NCBI RefSeq assembly: GCF_001194135.2
Contig: NC_068998.1
Coordinates: 27,033,151 to 27,097,150, forward strand
Source of the DNA: Octopus bimaculoides
Taxonomy: Eukaryota
DNA length: 64,000 bases
Direction: 5' to 3'
A program made the translations under genes and the position numbers. Numbering within the stretch: the stretch's first letter is position 1; each line of letters begins with the position of its first letter. The notes beneath the pieces are model-generated. The model worked only from the letters and a program-made list of their open reading frames with translations. It was not told the DNA's origin and searched no databases. Shown here one piece after another: positions 27,099 through 39,832 of the stretch.

Positions 27099-27148
27099 GT
27101 AACTTGCAATGTTTCAATAGAAAATTTATTGTTATCAGTCTCACCAGT

Positions 27149-27176
27149 CACGATGAGCCTTCGAAGGCTCATCGTG
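27149..27176. repeat. Perfect 28-bp palindrome
   Basis: CACGATGAGCCTTC|GAAGGCTCATCGTG is its own reverse complement. Confidence 0.95.
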
Positions 27177-27968
27177 TAAATATTATTATATGTATAAATG
27201 TATGTGCATATAGACTTACATGTGTGTATGTGTAAGTGCAACTATGTATTTCTTAAAATTTGATGGAAAGAGTAAAGTAATATTGCCATGGGCAGTGAAG
27301 TTTCTGTCTTTCTTCAAAGTTGAGATGGTGAAGGACAACAAAAGGAAAGACAGAAAAATTTTTACATCCTCTATGTTCGAGCGAATGGCTGCAACTGATA
27401 GGGAACATAAGAAAAAGTGAGAATAAATACATAGACAAGGAAGTGTTAAGAGAAACTAGATGGGAGGTGAAGGAAGGAAAGGGAAATAAAGAGTGAAAGA
27501 GAATCTGCTGTGGTGGAGGAAAAATTGAAGAGAGTGAAGAGATAAAGGATAAATCCGGAAATACTATAGGAGAAGCAGTCAAAGATGTTGATGGAAAAAA
27601 TGTTTATTTAAATCTGTTGGTGTCATGGTTCCCTGTTTGAATTTCAAACGTTGATCCTTCTGTTGAGTAGACGGATCAATATTGTGCAGAGATACCAGAT
27701 ATTGATAAATAGGTGAAGGAGTGGCCCCCATTGTGTTAAAGTGAATATTGAGAGGATTCCGACTGAATATTCAGAATATTCAGTATTTTTGTACAGTGTC
27801 CTATGGCTAATTATAGGAAGCACCCCTTCATTGTGCCTTTACACCAAACGTGGAGAGGTCGTGTGCAGGTTTGAAGGTTCTGCTCTTTCTACCACAACGG
27901 TTTTTGTTTTGTTTAGAGTTGTTGTCTTTTTTTTTTGTTGTTTTGTTTCTTAATATTACAGTATTATT

Positions 27969-28147
27969 AGGGCAGCAAGCTGGCAGGATGTTTAGCGGTA
28001 TTTTGTCTGTCTTTATGCTCTGAGTTCAAATTCCGCTAAGGTCGATTGTTCCTTTCATCCTTTCGGGGTTGATAGTATACCAGTCGAACAATAGGGTCGA
28101 TCTAATCGACTTATCCCCTTCCTCGAAATTTCTGGCCCTGTGCCAAT
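27969..28147 (+). mobile_element. SINE family C
   Basis: GGGCAGCAAGCTGGCAGGA...GAGTTCAAATTCCGC...CCTTTCATCCTTTCGGGG...GGTCGATCTAATCGACT. Confidence 0.85.
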
Positions 28148-28655
28148 ATTACTGTACCATCATAGCCCAGATTTTTCGTTTCGAGTTGGCAACATTTTAA
28201 AAACCGCAGTGTAACCATGTACATTAGTCATTTCTGAATCCCTACACCGTCTCTGAAACATGAAAGTTAAGGTTGATATCAGAATGACTGAAACTCAGTA
28301 TTCAAAGGAATGAAACAAGATATTGCAAAACTTCAGTCTTTAGTTATATACGACACTTACATCTAATCTTATTTACAGTAAGACATTATTAAATCAGCTT
28401 TGATTCTTTATATAAGCTGTCTAATATATATATTTTTTAATCTATTGAATCTATACAGTGGTTCTCCACTGTCCATCAGAATTTAAGCAGTTGTAGAGCT
28501 CTATCAATGATTTTCATTTATTTTATACTCTTTCATGTATAAACTTAAATACTTATTTCAACGACCGGCGATAATGTTATCTATGTAGTTTTACACACAC
28601 TCTCTCTCTCACATACACACATACACACACACTCACACACACACACATATATATA

Positions 28656-28687
<32 letters not shown>

Positions 28688-29151
28688 CATATATNNNNNN
28701 NNNNNNNNNNNNNNNNNNNNNNNNNNNNNNNNNNNNNNNNNNNNNNNNNNNNNNNNNNNNNNNNNNNNNNNNNNNNNNNNNNNNNNNNNNNNNNNNNNNN
28801 NNNNNNNNNNNNNNNNNNNNNNNNNNNNNNNNNNNNNNNNNNNNNNNNNNNNNNNNNNNNNNNNNNNNNNNNNNNNNNNNNNNNNNNNNNNNNNNNNNNN
28901 NNNNNNNNNNNNNNNNNNNNNNNNNNNNNNNNNNNNNNNNNNNNNNNNNNNNNNNNNNNNNNNNNNNNNNNNNNNNNNNNNNNTATTTAGTGTAACTCGC
29001 TTTCTTTTAATTGTCTTTGTTATTGCCGGTCGTGTTGTTGTTCTTCCTCAAGTCTAGGAAATACAGTACAAGATTTTCTTTTCATCATATTGATAGGCTT
29101 TTGTGCATGAAGGTAAACACGTACGGAATAAATCAATGAACGAATAAAGGC

Positions 29152-29199
<48 letters not shown>

Positions 29200-29569
29200 A
29201 GGAATCTACTTGTGGCCAGGCGAAGAGTTGTCAGCTGCCATAATGGTGTGACATATATGTCTGCAAGCAACCTACAAGGCATCCCATTGCCTTTATAGAT
29301 CAATATGAATAAACAGTGGGCAAATTGCTAAAAGGCCGGACAACAGGTCGATATGTCACGTAGTTCAAGCTTTGATGAAGGCATTACGTCTTATTCGTAT
29401 GCAAAGCACTTTACTCTAACTTGTTCGGCTTCCATATCTGAAAAAATGCAAAATTATTGCAGTAAAAACAAAAACAAAATGATGCACTTGAAACATAATA
29501 TTAATTTGCGTTGGAGCGACAGAAAGTGCTATGCTGGATATGGACCCGATCTTTATGCGCTGTGTTCAA

Positions 29570-29742
29570 ATCCTTCTGAGATCGGCAATGCCTTTCATCC
29601 TTTTGGAGTCGATAAAAAAAAATAATACCAGTCAAATAACGGGGTGGATGTAATAAACTAACCTGTTATCCCTAAAACTGCTGGCCTTGTTCTGAAATTT
29701 GAAACAGTTATTTCTATCATTATTATCATCATCATCATCAGA

Positions 29743-29775
<33 letters not shown>

Positions 29776-30255
29776 GAAGAAGAAGAAGAAGAAGAAGAAG
29801 AAGAAGAAGAAGAAGAAGAAGAAGAAGAAGAAGAAGAAGAAGAAGAAGAAGAAGAAGAAGAAGAAGACGGCGAGCTAGCAGAATCGTTAGCACTCTGGAC
29901 GATTAACGGTATTTCGCCCCTCGCTACGTTCAAATTCCGCCGATGTCGACTTAGCCTTTCATCCTTTCAGGGTGGATAAATTAAGTATTAGTTGCGTAAT
30001 GGGGTCGATCTAATGGACTGGCCCCCTCCGCCCCCAAAATTTCCAACTTTGTAACTATAGCAGAAAGGATTATTAAGGCGATGAACTAGTGGAATCGTTA
30101 GCTCAATGGGCGAAATGCTTTACGTTGTGTTTAGATTCCGTTGAGGTCGACTTTACGTTCCATCATTTCGGAGTCGATAAAATAAGCCATTGAACATTGG
30201 AGTCGATGTAATCGACTCATCCTCTCACCATTGCTGCCCTAGTGACAAAATTTGC
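29570..30255 (+). mobile_element. Cluster of three SINE family C copies separated by (ATT)n/(GAA)n
   Basis: Copies at about 29570-29705, 29866-30070 and 30073-30255, each with the CCTTTCATCCTTT..GG.GTCGATAA-type core. Confidence 0.8.
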
Positions 30256-30315
30256 AACCATTGTTGTTGTTACTGTTGTTGCTGCTACTGTTGTTGTTGT
30301 TGTTGTTGTTGTTGT

Positions 30316-31125
30316 CATGGTTGGCTTTTACTTAAGCTCACTTCTCTGTCAAGCCTTGTAGGGCGTTGGCCATGTAGTGGTTTTTCGCTCCATTTCTTCT
30401 TTAGTATATTTTGTAGTTCTGTTTTCATGGTTTTTGTTTTGTTTCTTTGACCATTTCTGCTATGCTGTCATCGGAGATCAGTGTATCAGTGTAGTTTGTT
30501 TCTGTTTTGTATTTTGTCGCTTCCTTGTGTATAAAGAAATGTATTCTCTTTTCCTCGTGTTGCTTTTCTAGTCCAACTGTTGTTATTTTATAGTAGTTCT
30601 GTACTTGTGTCAAGCCACGACCTCCTTTTGAGAGGAGTAGATATATTTTGTCTGTGTCTGCTTTTGGGTGGTAACATCGGTATGCTGTTAATAGTTTTCT
30701 TGTTTTTTCGATCTAAGTTTCTCAATTTACTGATCTTCCAGTTTATTATGCTGAAGCTGTAATTTATGACTGGTATGGTTAGCGTGTTTATCTCTATTAT
30801 CTTATATTTGCATTGAGCTCAGTGTTTAATATTAGTTTAACTTTTCTGTAATACTTTCTCCTAATTTTGTCTTTCATTTCTGTGTTGTATTTTAGCTCTT
30901 TCGTCTATTCCTAGAGATTTATATGGGCAATTGTGGTTTAATTTTTTGTGTCTATGTCGAGTGCAGTGCTTTCAGTGCTGATTAATTTGCCTCTTCTAAG
31001 TGTAACTATGGCACATTTGTCCAGCCCCATGCTCATCCCGATGTCCTTGCTGAAACTATGGACAATTTTTAGAAGGTTTCTCTGTTCCGTGGTATTTTTT
31101 GTGAAAATGTTTTAATCATCCATGT
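30316..31125 (-). mobile_element. R4/Dong-like LINE fragment (RT domains 5-7 and thumb), degraded
   Basis: Broken minus-strand translation YKSLGIDE...INTLTIPVINYSFSIINW..LRNLDRK...ML.PKS. Bounded by (GTT)n and ATT-rich repeats. Confidence 0.75.
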
Positions 31126-31464
31126 ATAGGAGATTTATTATCATTATTATTATTATCATCTGTTTGCTTTTTGCTTTGCATTTGTACAAAATGATTCCAA
31201 GTCTCACCCACAGACCTCAAGAGACAAGTTCAAGTAGGTATTATGACGAGGGTGCCATATTTTTGGTTTCGCAGAGAGTATTATTCTACAGAATGTCTGT
31301 CAAAACGTAAGAAAATTGGAAGTTTGTTTTTAAAATAATTTGACGATAAGATGATAATGTGATCTTGAGATGACAGGAAAAGGTGTTTGCTGTTATATAC
31401 ATTTAAATGTACTTTTGACAATGTTTACAGCTTAAAATGTTTTTGGGAATTACATAGACAATAT

Positions 31465-32590
31465 TTTTCATTGGGTATGAGCAGTTCCCATGAGCACTAT
31501 TTTTTAAATTTCTTCCATTTTGGGATTTACTAGTATCTGAGACAGGTAGCAATCAGCCCCTTTTGCTATCATTCTTAGGGCACCTATGACAATAAATATT
31601 GGTTTAGTCTTGAGGTTCCACATTTTGCCAATTTCTATTTCAAGATCTTTATATTTGCTCAGTTTTTGGTTGATCTTGACAGATATATTTATGTTGATTG
31701 ATTCAGTGATATCGATGAGGAGGCATGAGTTTTGTCTTAAATCCTTCAATATAATGCCTGGCCTATTTGAATCTACCTTTCTGTCTGCTTGAACAGAAAA
31801 GTTTCAAGGGTGTGAGATGTGATCATTTTCAAGCCCTGAAGGTAGTTTTTGTTCCCACCAGTTTCTATCATGGGGCAGGTCCATATCTTTGCAAATTACC
31901 CAATGAGTATACTGTGCCGGCCGCTCTATCATGCTTGTTGAGATATTCTGTAGGCGCAAGAAGGCAACACATGGAGACAACATGATTGATAGTTTCAGTC
32001 CGTTGTTTACACACTTTACATGTTGGGCTACAGCCGTTCTTTCAGCTGTTGGCTTGATAGCTTCTAGTAGGTAGGCATTGATCCTGTACTACTATGATAA
32101 ACCCTTCTGTCTCTGATTTTAAGCCAGAAGACACTATCCATTGATTGGTAAGGTTAAGGGCTTTGCCAATATCAGCATTATTAGCTCTTTGAGGTTTTTC
32201 TTGGTTTTTCTTGCCATTCCTCATTAAGAATATCTAAGGCAGCAGTTTTAGCAAGGGTTTTCATACGTTTAGCTTTTTCTGTACTTGTTTTCAGTATGTC
32301 TAATTCTGGGATTTGTTGTATTTGGAATTCACTTAGATATTTCCTTGCTTGTATTGTTACTGGGTACGCAGCTTTGTTTTCATGCTTTAAGACAAGTTTT
32401 AGCATCCAATCATCAGAGTTTTTCAAGTAAATGTTTAGGCTAACTGTGGCAGTCTTTATTGCTAATTCCAGTTGTAAAAGTCCACAGTCATCCGCTTTTC
32501 TTGGCAAGTAAAGTCGTTCTATATCTGCCTTAGGGTGGTGCATTCTATTCATTGTCAAAAATTTTCGTATTTTCCTGTCAAGATTATAGA
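31465..32590 (-). mobile_element. R4/Dong-like LINE 3' portion (thumb, zinc finger, RLE)
   Basis: MHHPKADIERLYLPRK..., GLKSETEGFIIVVQDQCLPTR, CKVC...ETINHVVS, and SCLLIDI...KLSKYKDLEIEIGKMWNLKT...IVIGAL (ORFs 32181-32558, 32042-32224, 31504-31749). The right end abuts (AGT)n. Confidence 0.9.
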
Positions 32591-32594
32591 TTTC

Positions 32595-32655
<61 letters not shown>

Positions 32656-34789
32656 CTAAGTTTATAAAATTGACCACTAAATACATATGACAGCGCTCCG
32701 CACCCGTCAATAAAGGTGTCTATCGACTTAGTAAAGAGGCATTATGTTTTCCAAGCATGGACAAATATAGTCACTGTACATTTCAAAGACTTTAGCTGTA
32801 CGACATGAAGTGTATCTACATTAGAACTTTTAACTTGATTCGATGAGAGCCTGTTTTTCTACAACTCTTGCCACAATGCTGAGTAAATATGTCACGTGTG
32901 TCGTAGATGAGAGATGACCTCTTGGAGTTTCAAACTCCCCCTGATGTCATTTAACTTTATATCACTTTGCTGATAATGTCATTTAAATAGGTATGGAAAT
33001 TCCGCCTTCTGATTCCTCTTTTCTCTATTGTCTTCGTAATCAATAAAAAAAATTAAACATAAACGTCATGCACCATCGCGAAATGCTAAACTAAATTGAT
33101 AATTCATGAAGAATGTGATAAAATAATGGTCTTTTATGAGTAGAAATCAACCTCGATATTTCATAGAGCGAAATTGATCACAACAGGTTTGGAAACCAGG
33201 ATATTAGTTCACATCAGTAAAGTGTGCATAGCAGCTGCTCAGATTTTGTAATCACTGAAGCAGTTCTATCACCACTGCTCAAACAGTGAAGAGATAATAA
33301 ACTTATGGAAATGATAGAAAAATCTTAGCGAGAAAGGAAAATTGCTTTCAACATAAGACAAGCTATAGAAATACATAAAAGTTCAGAACGAAAATACGTG
33401 CGTGTGTGTGTGTGTATATATATAGTGCGTGCATGTGTGTGTGTGGTGCGTGCATGTGTGTGTGCGTGTGTGTGTTTGTGAGTGTGTGTGCATGCGCGCG
33501 TGTTTGTGTTTATAAGTGTGCGTGTAATTAGAAAAAATATAACATAATACAGCAAAGAAACTGGGAAATCGTTATATAAATGACATTACTAAAGAATTCT
33601 GAGCCTGATCAAAATGTGTTCTAAGTCTTGTATTATAAGTGACAATATAAAGACAGTGAACAGAAATGCAAAATGTACATACCATTAATATTAATTTATC
33701 CCAAGAACAGATCGTTTTATGCTAGTATTGTTCAAAGTATTGTTCACATGCACTTGTCATGATAAAGAAGAAGCAATATGTGTGCATATAAAGTAAAGTA
33801 GGAATCTTCCAAGCGTTAAAAATGGTAATGATTCTTCAGTATGGTTAGTTGAGTAAGTCAGTCGCTTAGCACTCTACCACTTTCAAGATGGCCGAAAAAT
33901 CAATCAAAGATGATCTGAGTTCGGTACAACTGTGGACACACTTCGCTGATTAAATAGTTACTAAGATGAAATATATATTTTTAACTTGGAAATTGCTATT
34001 GAACAGAAAATTATCTGTAGCTTATATGATGCAATTTTCATCGAATAACTTTGCATGCGTTGAATGTCTGCCAGATTTGTTCTAAGACTTCGGATTATTG
34101 ATCCGAAGGATCAGTTACAAAGTGAGAATCTACAAAATCAAATTGGAAAATCATTTTAAGTCTTTCTTCATTTTAAATATAGTAACGAATATTTTTGTTT
34201 GAAGTGAAAACATCGGTTTTTAAGCATAAATTGCCATAAATCTGTGTCAATATTGCTAACAAACGGAAAATCGCTTACTTACTATTCTTGCTGAAAGAAG
34301 ACACTAATTGAAATTTTGCAACATATGTCGTATGTCAGCAATAAACCGTCATTAAAGGGAATAAGAGTGATTATACAGAAATTTATTGTTTTGGAACATA
34401 TGTATACTGGCACTTATATATACCTTTATAAAAGCACCTCATGGTATAACTGCCTAGTAGACATGCCATTAGGTGCTAGATGCCATGACGTCCGATGATG
34501 GCTGCAATAGTTTTCTATTGAACCAACAGCCTGGAAAAATTTGATATACAGCAATTTTTCTCACGTTAAACAAAGTCCTGCACATGTATCCCATACCCAA
34601 AGTCCTTCGGTGATTATTTATTGGCAAAAGAAGCAGATGTGAGGCATCTGAGAGCTCTTAATCATGAAAAGGTACAAAAGAGGTGGCAGTTGATGTGTGA
34701 TGGTCATCAGACAGAAGTTCGTTCAGCAACAGCAGTTGCATCCAAAGGTCTTTTCCAGGACTTACATTGCTCACCTGTATTGGGAAGAG

Positions 34790-37530
34790 GGAAAAAAGGT
34801 GTCTCAAGCATAACTTGTATCAGTTTTCTCGACTAGATCTTCACATCCAGAGGGTCAGTTCGGACACTTACGTAGAAACTCATCAACTTCAAGAGGAATG
34901 AGACAGTACTCGTCTCTGAACAAATGGCTCACTTTAATATTGACATTGCAGCACTTAGTGAAATAAGATTAGCCGATGAGAGATGGCTAAAGAGTAATAG
35001 CAGTGAATGTACCTTCTTTTTGAAGCGAAAACCACCAAAAGTGCAGTCTTAACTTGATTAGGATTTGCAGTCTAAAATGATCTGCTCACTACCCAAACGA
35101 CCTACTGGCATCAGTGAAAGATTGATAACTCAATGATTCAAGCCTTCTGGCTTTAATACGACAGTCAACAGTACGAATTGGTCACATATGAATCAGATAC
35201 AGATTTCAGTCTAAGCAAACTTAGACTATGTTTTCTCCAGAACACCAAAACATAACAAAATCATCCTGATGAGTAAGCCAAATGGCCGAGTTAGTAAAGA
35301 TTCGAACTTTTGGAATGGTACAGTTTGAAGGAGGTTAAAGGAATAGCTAATTCAATTGTCGTTCTGCTTTAAACTAAATACGTGCAATTTAGTCATTACC
35401 AGCACACTATTCCGACTTGCAAATACAAGGGTTATCGAAGTATTTTCAAACAAATCATATGCCATTGATAGCAGATAACTGGCATGTGATTAACTGTGTC
35501 AGTGTACGGATACATGATCCCAAAAATGTTCACGCAACAAATGTCATGACAGGAGCCGACAATCGCCTAACGGACCACCACCGAATACGAATTAACATGG
35601 CAGTTCAATTCGCTTCAGAGTAACGTCAGCAGCAGAAACGATGCCAGTGAAAAGTTAATTCTGTGTTCTCTCATACTAAGTAAAGGCTAACCAGTTTCCA
35701 CATTGCTTAGATGGTAAGCTGTTATCCGTCAGCCTAGACACTGCAACACTGCTAAAAACATATGGTGCATTCTAAAGGCAGATATCTTTGCAGTTTATCA
35801 AAAGTCCAAGGACTCTGTAGCTAGAAAGTTCAAATTAGATTCGACGAGAAAATTCTCAAATCCAGCAACTGATGGACAGGAATAGAACAGCTTTTCATAT
35901 TTCAGTAAATATGGATAAAGATCGCAACAGAAAAGCTTGCCAGCAAGCAAAGTCTGTAAACTAACACAAACAATTGCTAGCAAGCTAAAGTTCTTTAAAT
36001 ACAGAAACTAGATGACTATGACATAAATATTTTCATTAATAACATGACGACATATGTTGAAAAATTTCAATCAGTGTCTTCAGAACTAAAGACAGTACCA
36101 AACTTATAAAAGGACAATCAATTGTTGATAACTGCTGGAAAGAATATTTCGAAGATCTGCTCAATCATGACTGTTTGACCAACGAAACATCTTTAGATAA
36201 TTCGATCGCACAAAAGACAGTGGGGAACAATTTAGCTGCACCAACTAATACTGCATCCGTCCCCTAAAAAGCAACAAGGGACTTGGGTCTCGTGGGGTTC
36301 TGAGCTATGTAAACTTAGCAATGAGGTACTAGCATCAAAACTCCGCTAATCTGGACGCGAGACGAGATACCAGATGATATAACAGATCTAACTATTATTA
36401 CCATCGTCAAGAGAAAAACAAATCAGCAAACAAAGACGAAAAGCTGAATAATCTACTAAAGATTTTAAGTGAGTTTGAAGTGAAAATTGGAATACAAAAC
36501 GCATATGTAATTGTTCCCCACGTTTTTCACATCTTTCTCACAGCTGTCCTTGAATTTACTATAGGCAAATCTTCATCTGACGGTCACATATGCTACGCAG
36601 AAAGCTGACTCAATTTGACCCCCATACCAGAACAAACATTACAACATCAGATGATGCCACAGTTAGTGTGTTTTCGGCTCATGCGCTTCAGACAATTTCA
36701 GAAATGTTCATTGATGCAAATCAAAGTATGGAGCTAGTCCTCAACATATGTAAAACTAAGGTTCTGTATCAACAAATACCCAGTAAGGATCTGATCCAGT
36801 CATTAGAGTTCAAGGGCAGAGGTTGGACTTCCAATATCTAGGTGGTTCAGTATTGTTGAGGAAGTCTAACATCAGATTTAATAGGTTAACGCGTTCTTCA
36901 TATGAAGATCAATTTTTAAGACAAACCACCGAAGCGGATATTGTACCCACTCCCCTATACACTTCTGAAACGTGAACAAGTGATGGCTGACATCTACATA
37001 AACCATAGATTAATGAGGTGAATAATGCACATTAAGTGGCAGAAATGACAGAAGAATATCTGCGCATGCTTAACCAAGTTAATATTTTCTACATTGAAAC
37101 CACTGTTATACAACATCAGTTTCAAAGAGCTGTCTATGCGAACACCGGGTCCTGGATCACCCGAAGAACAGTTTTTAACCTCTATCTGAAGGGAAGAAAG
37201 CGGACGTGAGTTGAAATAAAGGAAGTGGTTCAAAGATGTACTTAAAAGAAATTTGAAGAGATTTCACATTAATTTGCATGAGTGAGAATCGTTGACAACC
37301 GATACATGTGGAGACAGACCATTTATAGTGGATCCCAACAATTCGACACAGAATCAACTCAACATCTCAACAATATACGTCAGTGTAGAATGCGAGAGAA
37401 CAAATACCCAGTTTGCGACAGGGCTTTTGGATCCCACATTGGTCTATATAGTTAAACACGAGTCCCCTTGAAGTCAAATCTGGTGTATAATCATCCGTAA
37501 CCCCGCGAGATTGTCAATGTCTTGATGATT
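34790..37530 (+). mobile_element. RTE (BovB-like) LINE, near full-length ORF, heavily degraded
   Basis: APE motif FNIDIAALSEIRLADE (~34930); IW..DEIPDDITD..IITI; QTISEMF...MELVLNICKTKVLYQ (RT motif 6); terminal CPVCDRAFGSHIGLYS zinc finger. Many stops and frameshifts. Confidence 0.88.
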
Positions 37531-38899
37531 TTTGAAAAATATCTCTCCATTTTAGTTAAATGTCTTTTCGAAAATATTTTACAAATTTCCGTTATCGATG
37601 TCCAAATATTAATGGTTATAATGGTTTATATCCAATCTGTAATTCAAACGCATGACAGCATGTGCTCATCATCAAAGCATCTGTACAAATGCCCTTTGAC
37701 TATTAACACAATAGTTCCACGTAAAAAAAATTGCAGCGTTTGTTCAGATATTTCTTGAGAGAAATCAATACAGCCTGACCATTTGTCTCGTAGAAACCTT
37801 ATTATTCTCTGCATCATTCCTGGTTGTTATTTTGGACAAACGCCAAACAATTCAATTTAACCTCCGTCCAACAAATACCAGACGTCTTCGACTTTCATTG
37901 CCAAGTTAAAATTCAAACCTAATCGTCAGCACGTAGAAAAGCATTGAAAGGATGCATTGGCTCTTACATTCTGGGCTAAAGTTACGAACAGGAAAATTGA
38001 TTATATCTACAAATTATCAATATGTCACAATATGTCACTTTCAATAACAGAATAATAATGCAAGAGACTAATAGCAATTACAAAATCCGAAGTTAATATA
38101 AAAAGACAATAGACCGTTAATCTCTAGTTTCTCTGTTCATATTCACAAAGCATAATGGAGTTGGTTCTGCTCGTATAAATACAGTTATGTCTAACATATA
38201 AAATGATAGTTTGTTGAAAAACTTCAATCAACTGAGATTATCCAAACAATTTCTAGATTAATATTGAAAGCATTCACTCCATACTTACAGATTAGATCTT
38301 AAATTAATTTTAAGTTATTCACCATGCTGTTGTTGTGGTCATCGCCGTCGTCGTCGTTGTTGCTATTAAACTCACACGCTTCTGATTGAGCAGATTTAGA
38401 TTAACTCAGAGTAACACACTAACTCAGAGTAACACACTAACTCAGAGTAACTGCATCCCTCATGTTACTGTCTCTTTTCAAGCATTGTATCTGCACAGTT
38501 TAATGCACCTAATCTATCCTTTTCTACGACTATGCAGGTGTGATTTGCGGGATATTTGGCTGTTTTTTCTTGCATCTGCATGATTGGACGGTCATGCAGA
38601 AGCTTCCTCTTTGGCTCGTCTCGGTGGTATCTTAAAGTGTTAGAAACCAAACTAAAAAGGGTTTAGAAATCATAGTAATGACAGATAATGCCGAAAAACG
38701 CGTTATTCATAACTTTTTTATGTACAAGTAAGATTAGTAAAACAAGAAAAGCAATTGTTTTCTGTTGATTTCTTGTAAATTTCTGATTCAAAATATGTGT
38801 AGCATATTCTACATAAAAACTGACTCTAAACAGAAAATAGTTCAAATAATCGACATATCTCCTTCCCCAAATTTCAAGCCTTATGCCTTTAGTAGAAAA

Positions 38900-39662
38900 G
38901 ATTATTATTATTATTCCATTTACGCACAACAAATTAGACAGTTAGAAAAAATTCCTCACATCGTGCAACAAGTAACTTCAGTTGCCGAGAAACTTCCTAC
39001 TTGCATACGTAGCGGTCTTGCTACCTGCAGCCTACGGTACCATGCTATCCGTTCTTTTCAGCTATGTAATACTTTCCTGATTATTCTGGCCGCGCCAAGG
39101 AGGCAAACCTTTTGTGACAGTTCTACTGGGCACTCTATTCCAATTTCCTTTATATTCCTCTTGATGCCTTTTGATACTGTTCCCAAGGACCCAACAATAA
39201 CTGGTACTATCTTCACATTCTTCACTTTCCATAGCCGGGCTATTTTGTTCTTAAGAGGGTTATATTTAACTATTTTTTCACCTTCCTTCGTGAGTCAAAG
39301 GGACATGCAACATCAACTATATAGCATATGTGGTGCACTAGATCCGGTCTGTTATACTCTAGCACCTGATCTGTTTAGATCAGAGGATTTTGCTAGTCTC
39401 TGACTCCGCCCCTCTCTCTGTGGTTTGTGCTCATACCACGTCTTGCTTCTCTCTCTAGCCCCCACTTTTCACACAATTTCCATTGTAACACCTTCGCTAC
39501 CTGGTTGTGTCGCCACAACTTGTAGTGGTTTGGGGCAAGCCTAGGGCATTCGTTTGTGATATGGGCAATGGTTTCACCCACTCTATTACAGATGCGGCAC
39601 AGCGGAGATACTTGCTCATTCCTCAGGTTGCCCCTCCAGTTCGTGACCAAAGCCTGGTCTTG
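38900..39662 (-). mobile_element. R4/Dong-like LINE 3' end (CCHC zinc finger, RLE, 3' UTR), different subfamily
   Basis: SPLCRICNRVGETIAHITNECPRLAPNHYKLWRHNQVAKVLQWKLCEKWG (ORF 39393-39650), then broken RLE ...ELLQKVCLLGAARIIRKVLHS*, then a 3' UTR ending in AATAATAATAAT. Confidence 0.88.
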
Positions 39663-39671
39663 CGATTATTA

Positions 39672-39727
<56 letters not shown>

Positions 39728-39832
39728 GAATGAGAGAGCAGTGCATGCCCTCAAAGTGACACTGAGGTAAAATATACGAAGCCCAGTAAGGGTACACCAG
39801 GCATTACAACCATACATGCGCGACATAGTGAT
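39728..39832 (-). mobile_element. Family D4 element, 3' fragment
   Basis: GAATGAGAGAGCAGTGCATGCCCTCAAAGTGACACTGAGG...GGGTACACCAGGC...GCGCGACAT, next to (ATT)n. Confidence 0.8.

Noticed and set aside
29200-29520. Unique non-repetitive segments (also ~32680-33300) as possible enhancers
   Set aside because: Short transcription-factor-like motifs occur by chance; this needs conservation or chromatin data.
37600-37900. Minus-strand open stretch MMQRIIRFLRDKWSGCIDFSQEI... (LTR-RT-like?)
   Set aside because: It lacks the YxDD motif and flanking LTR evidence.
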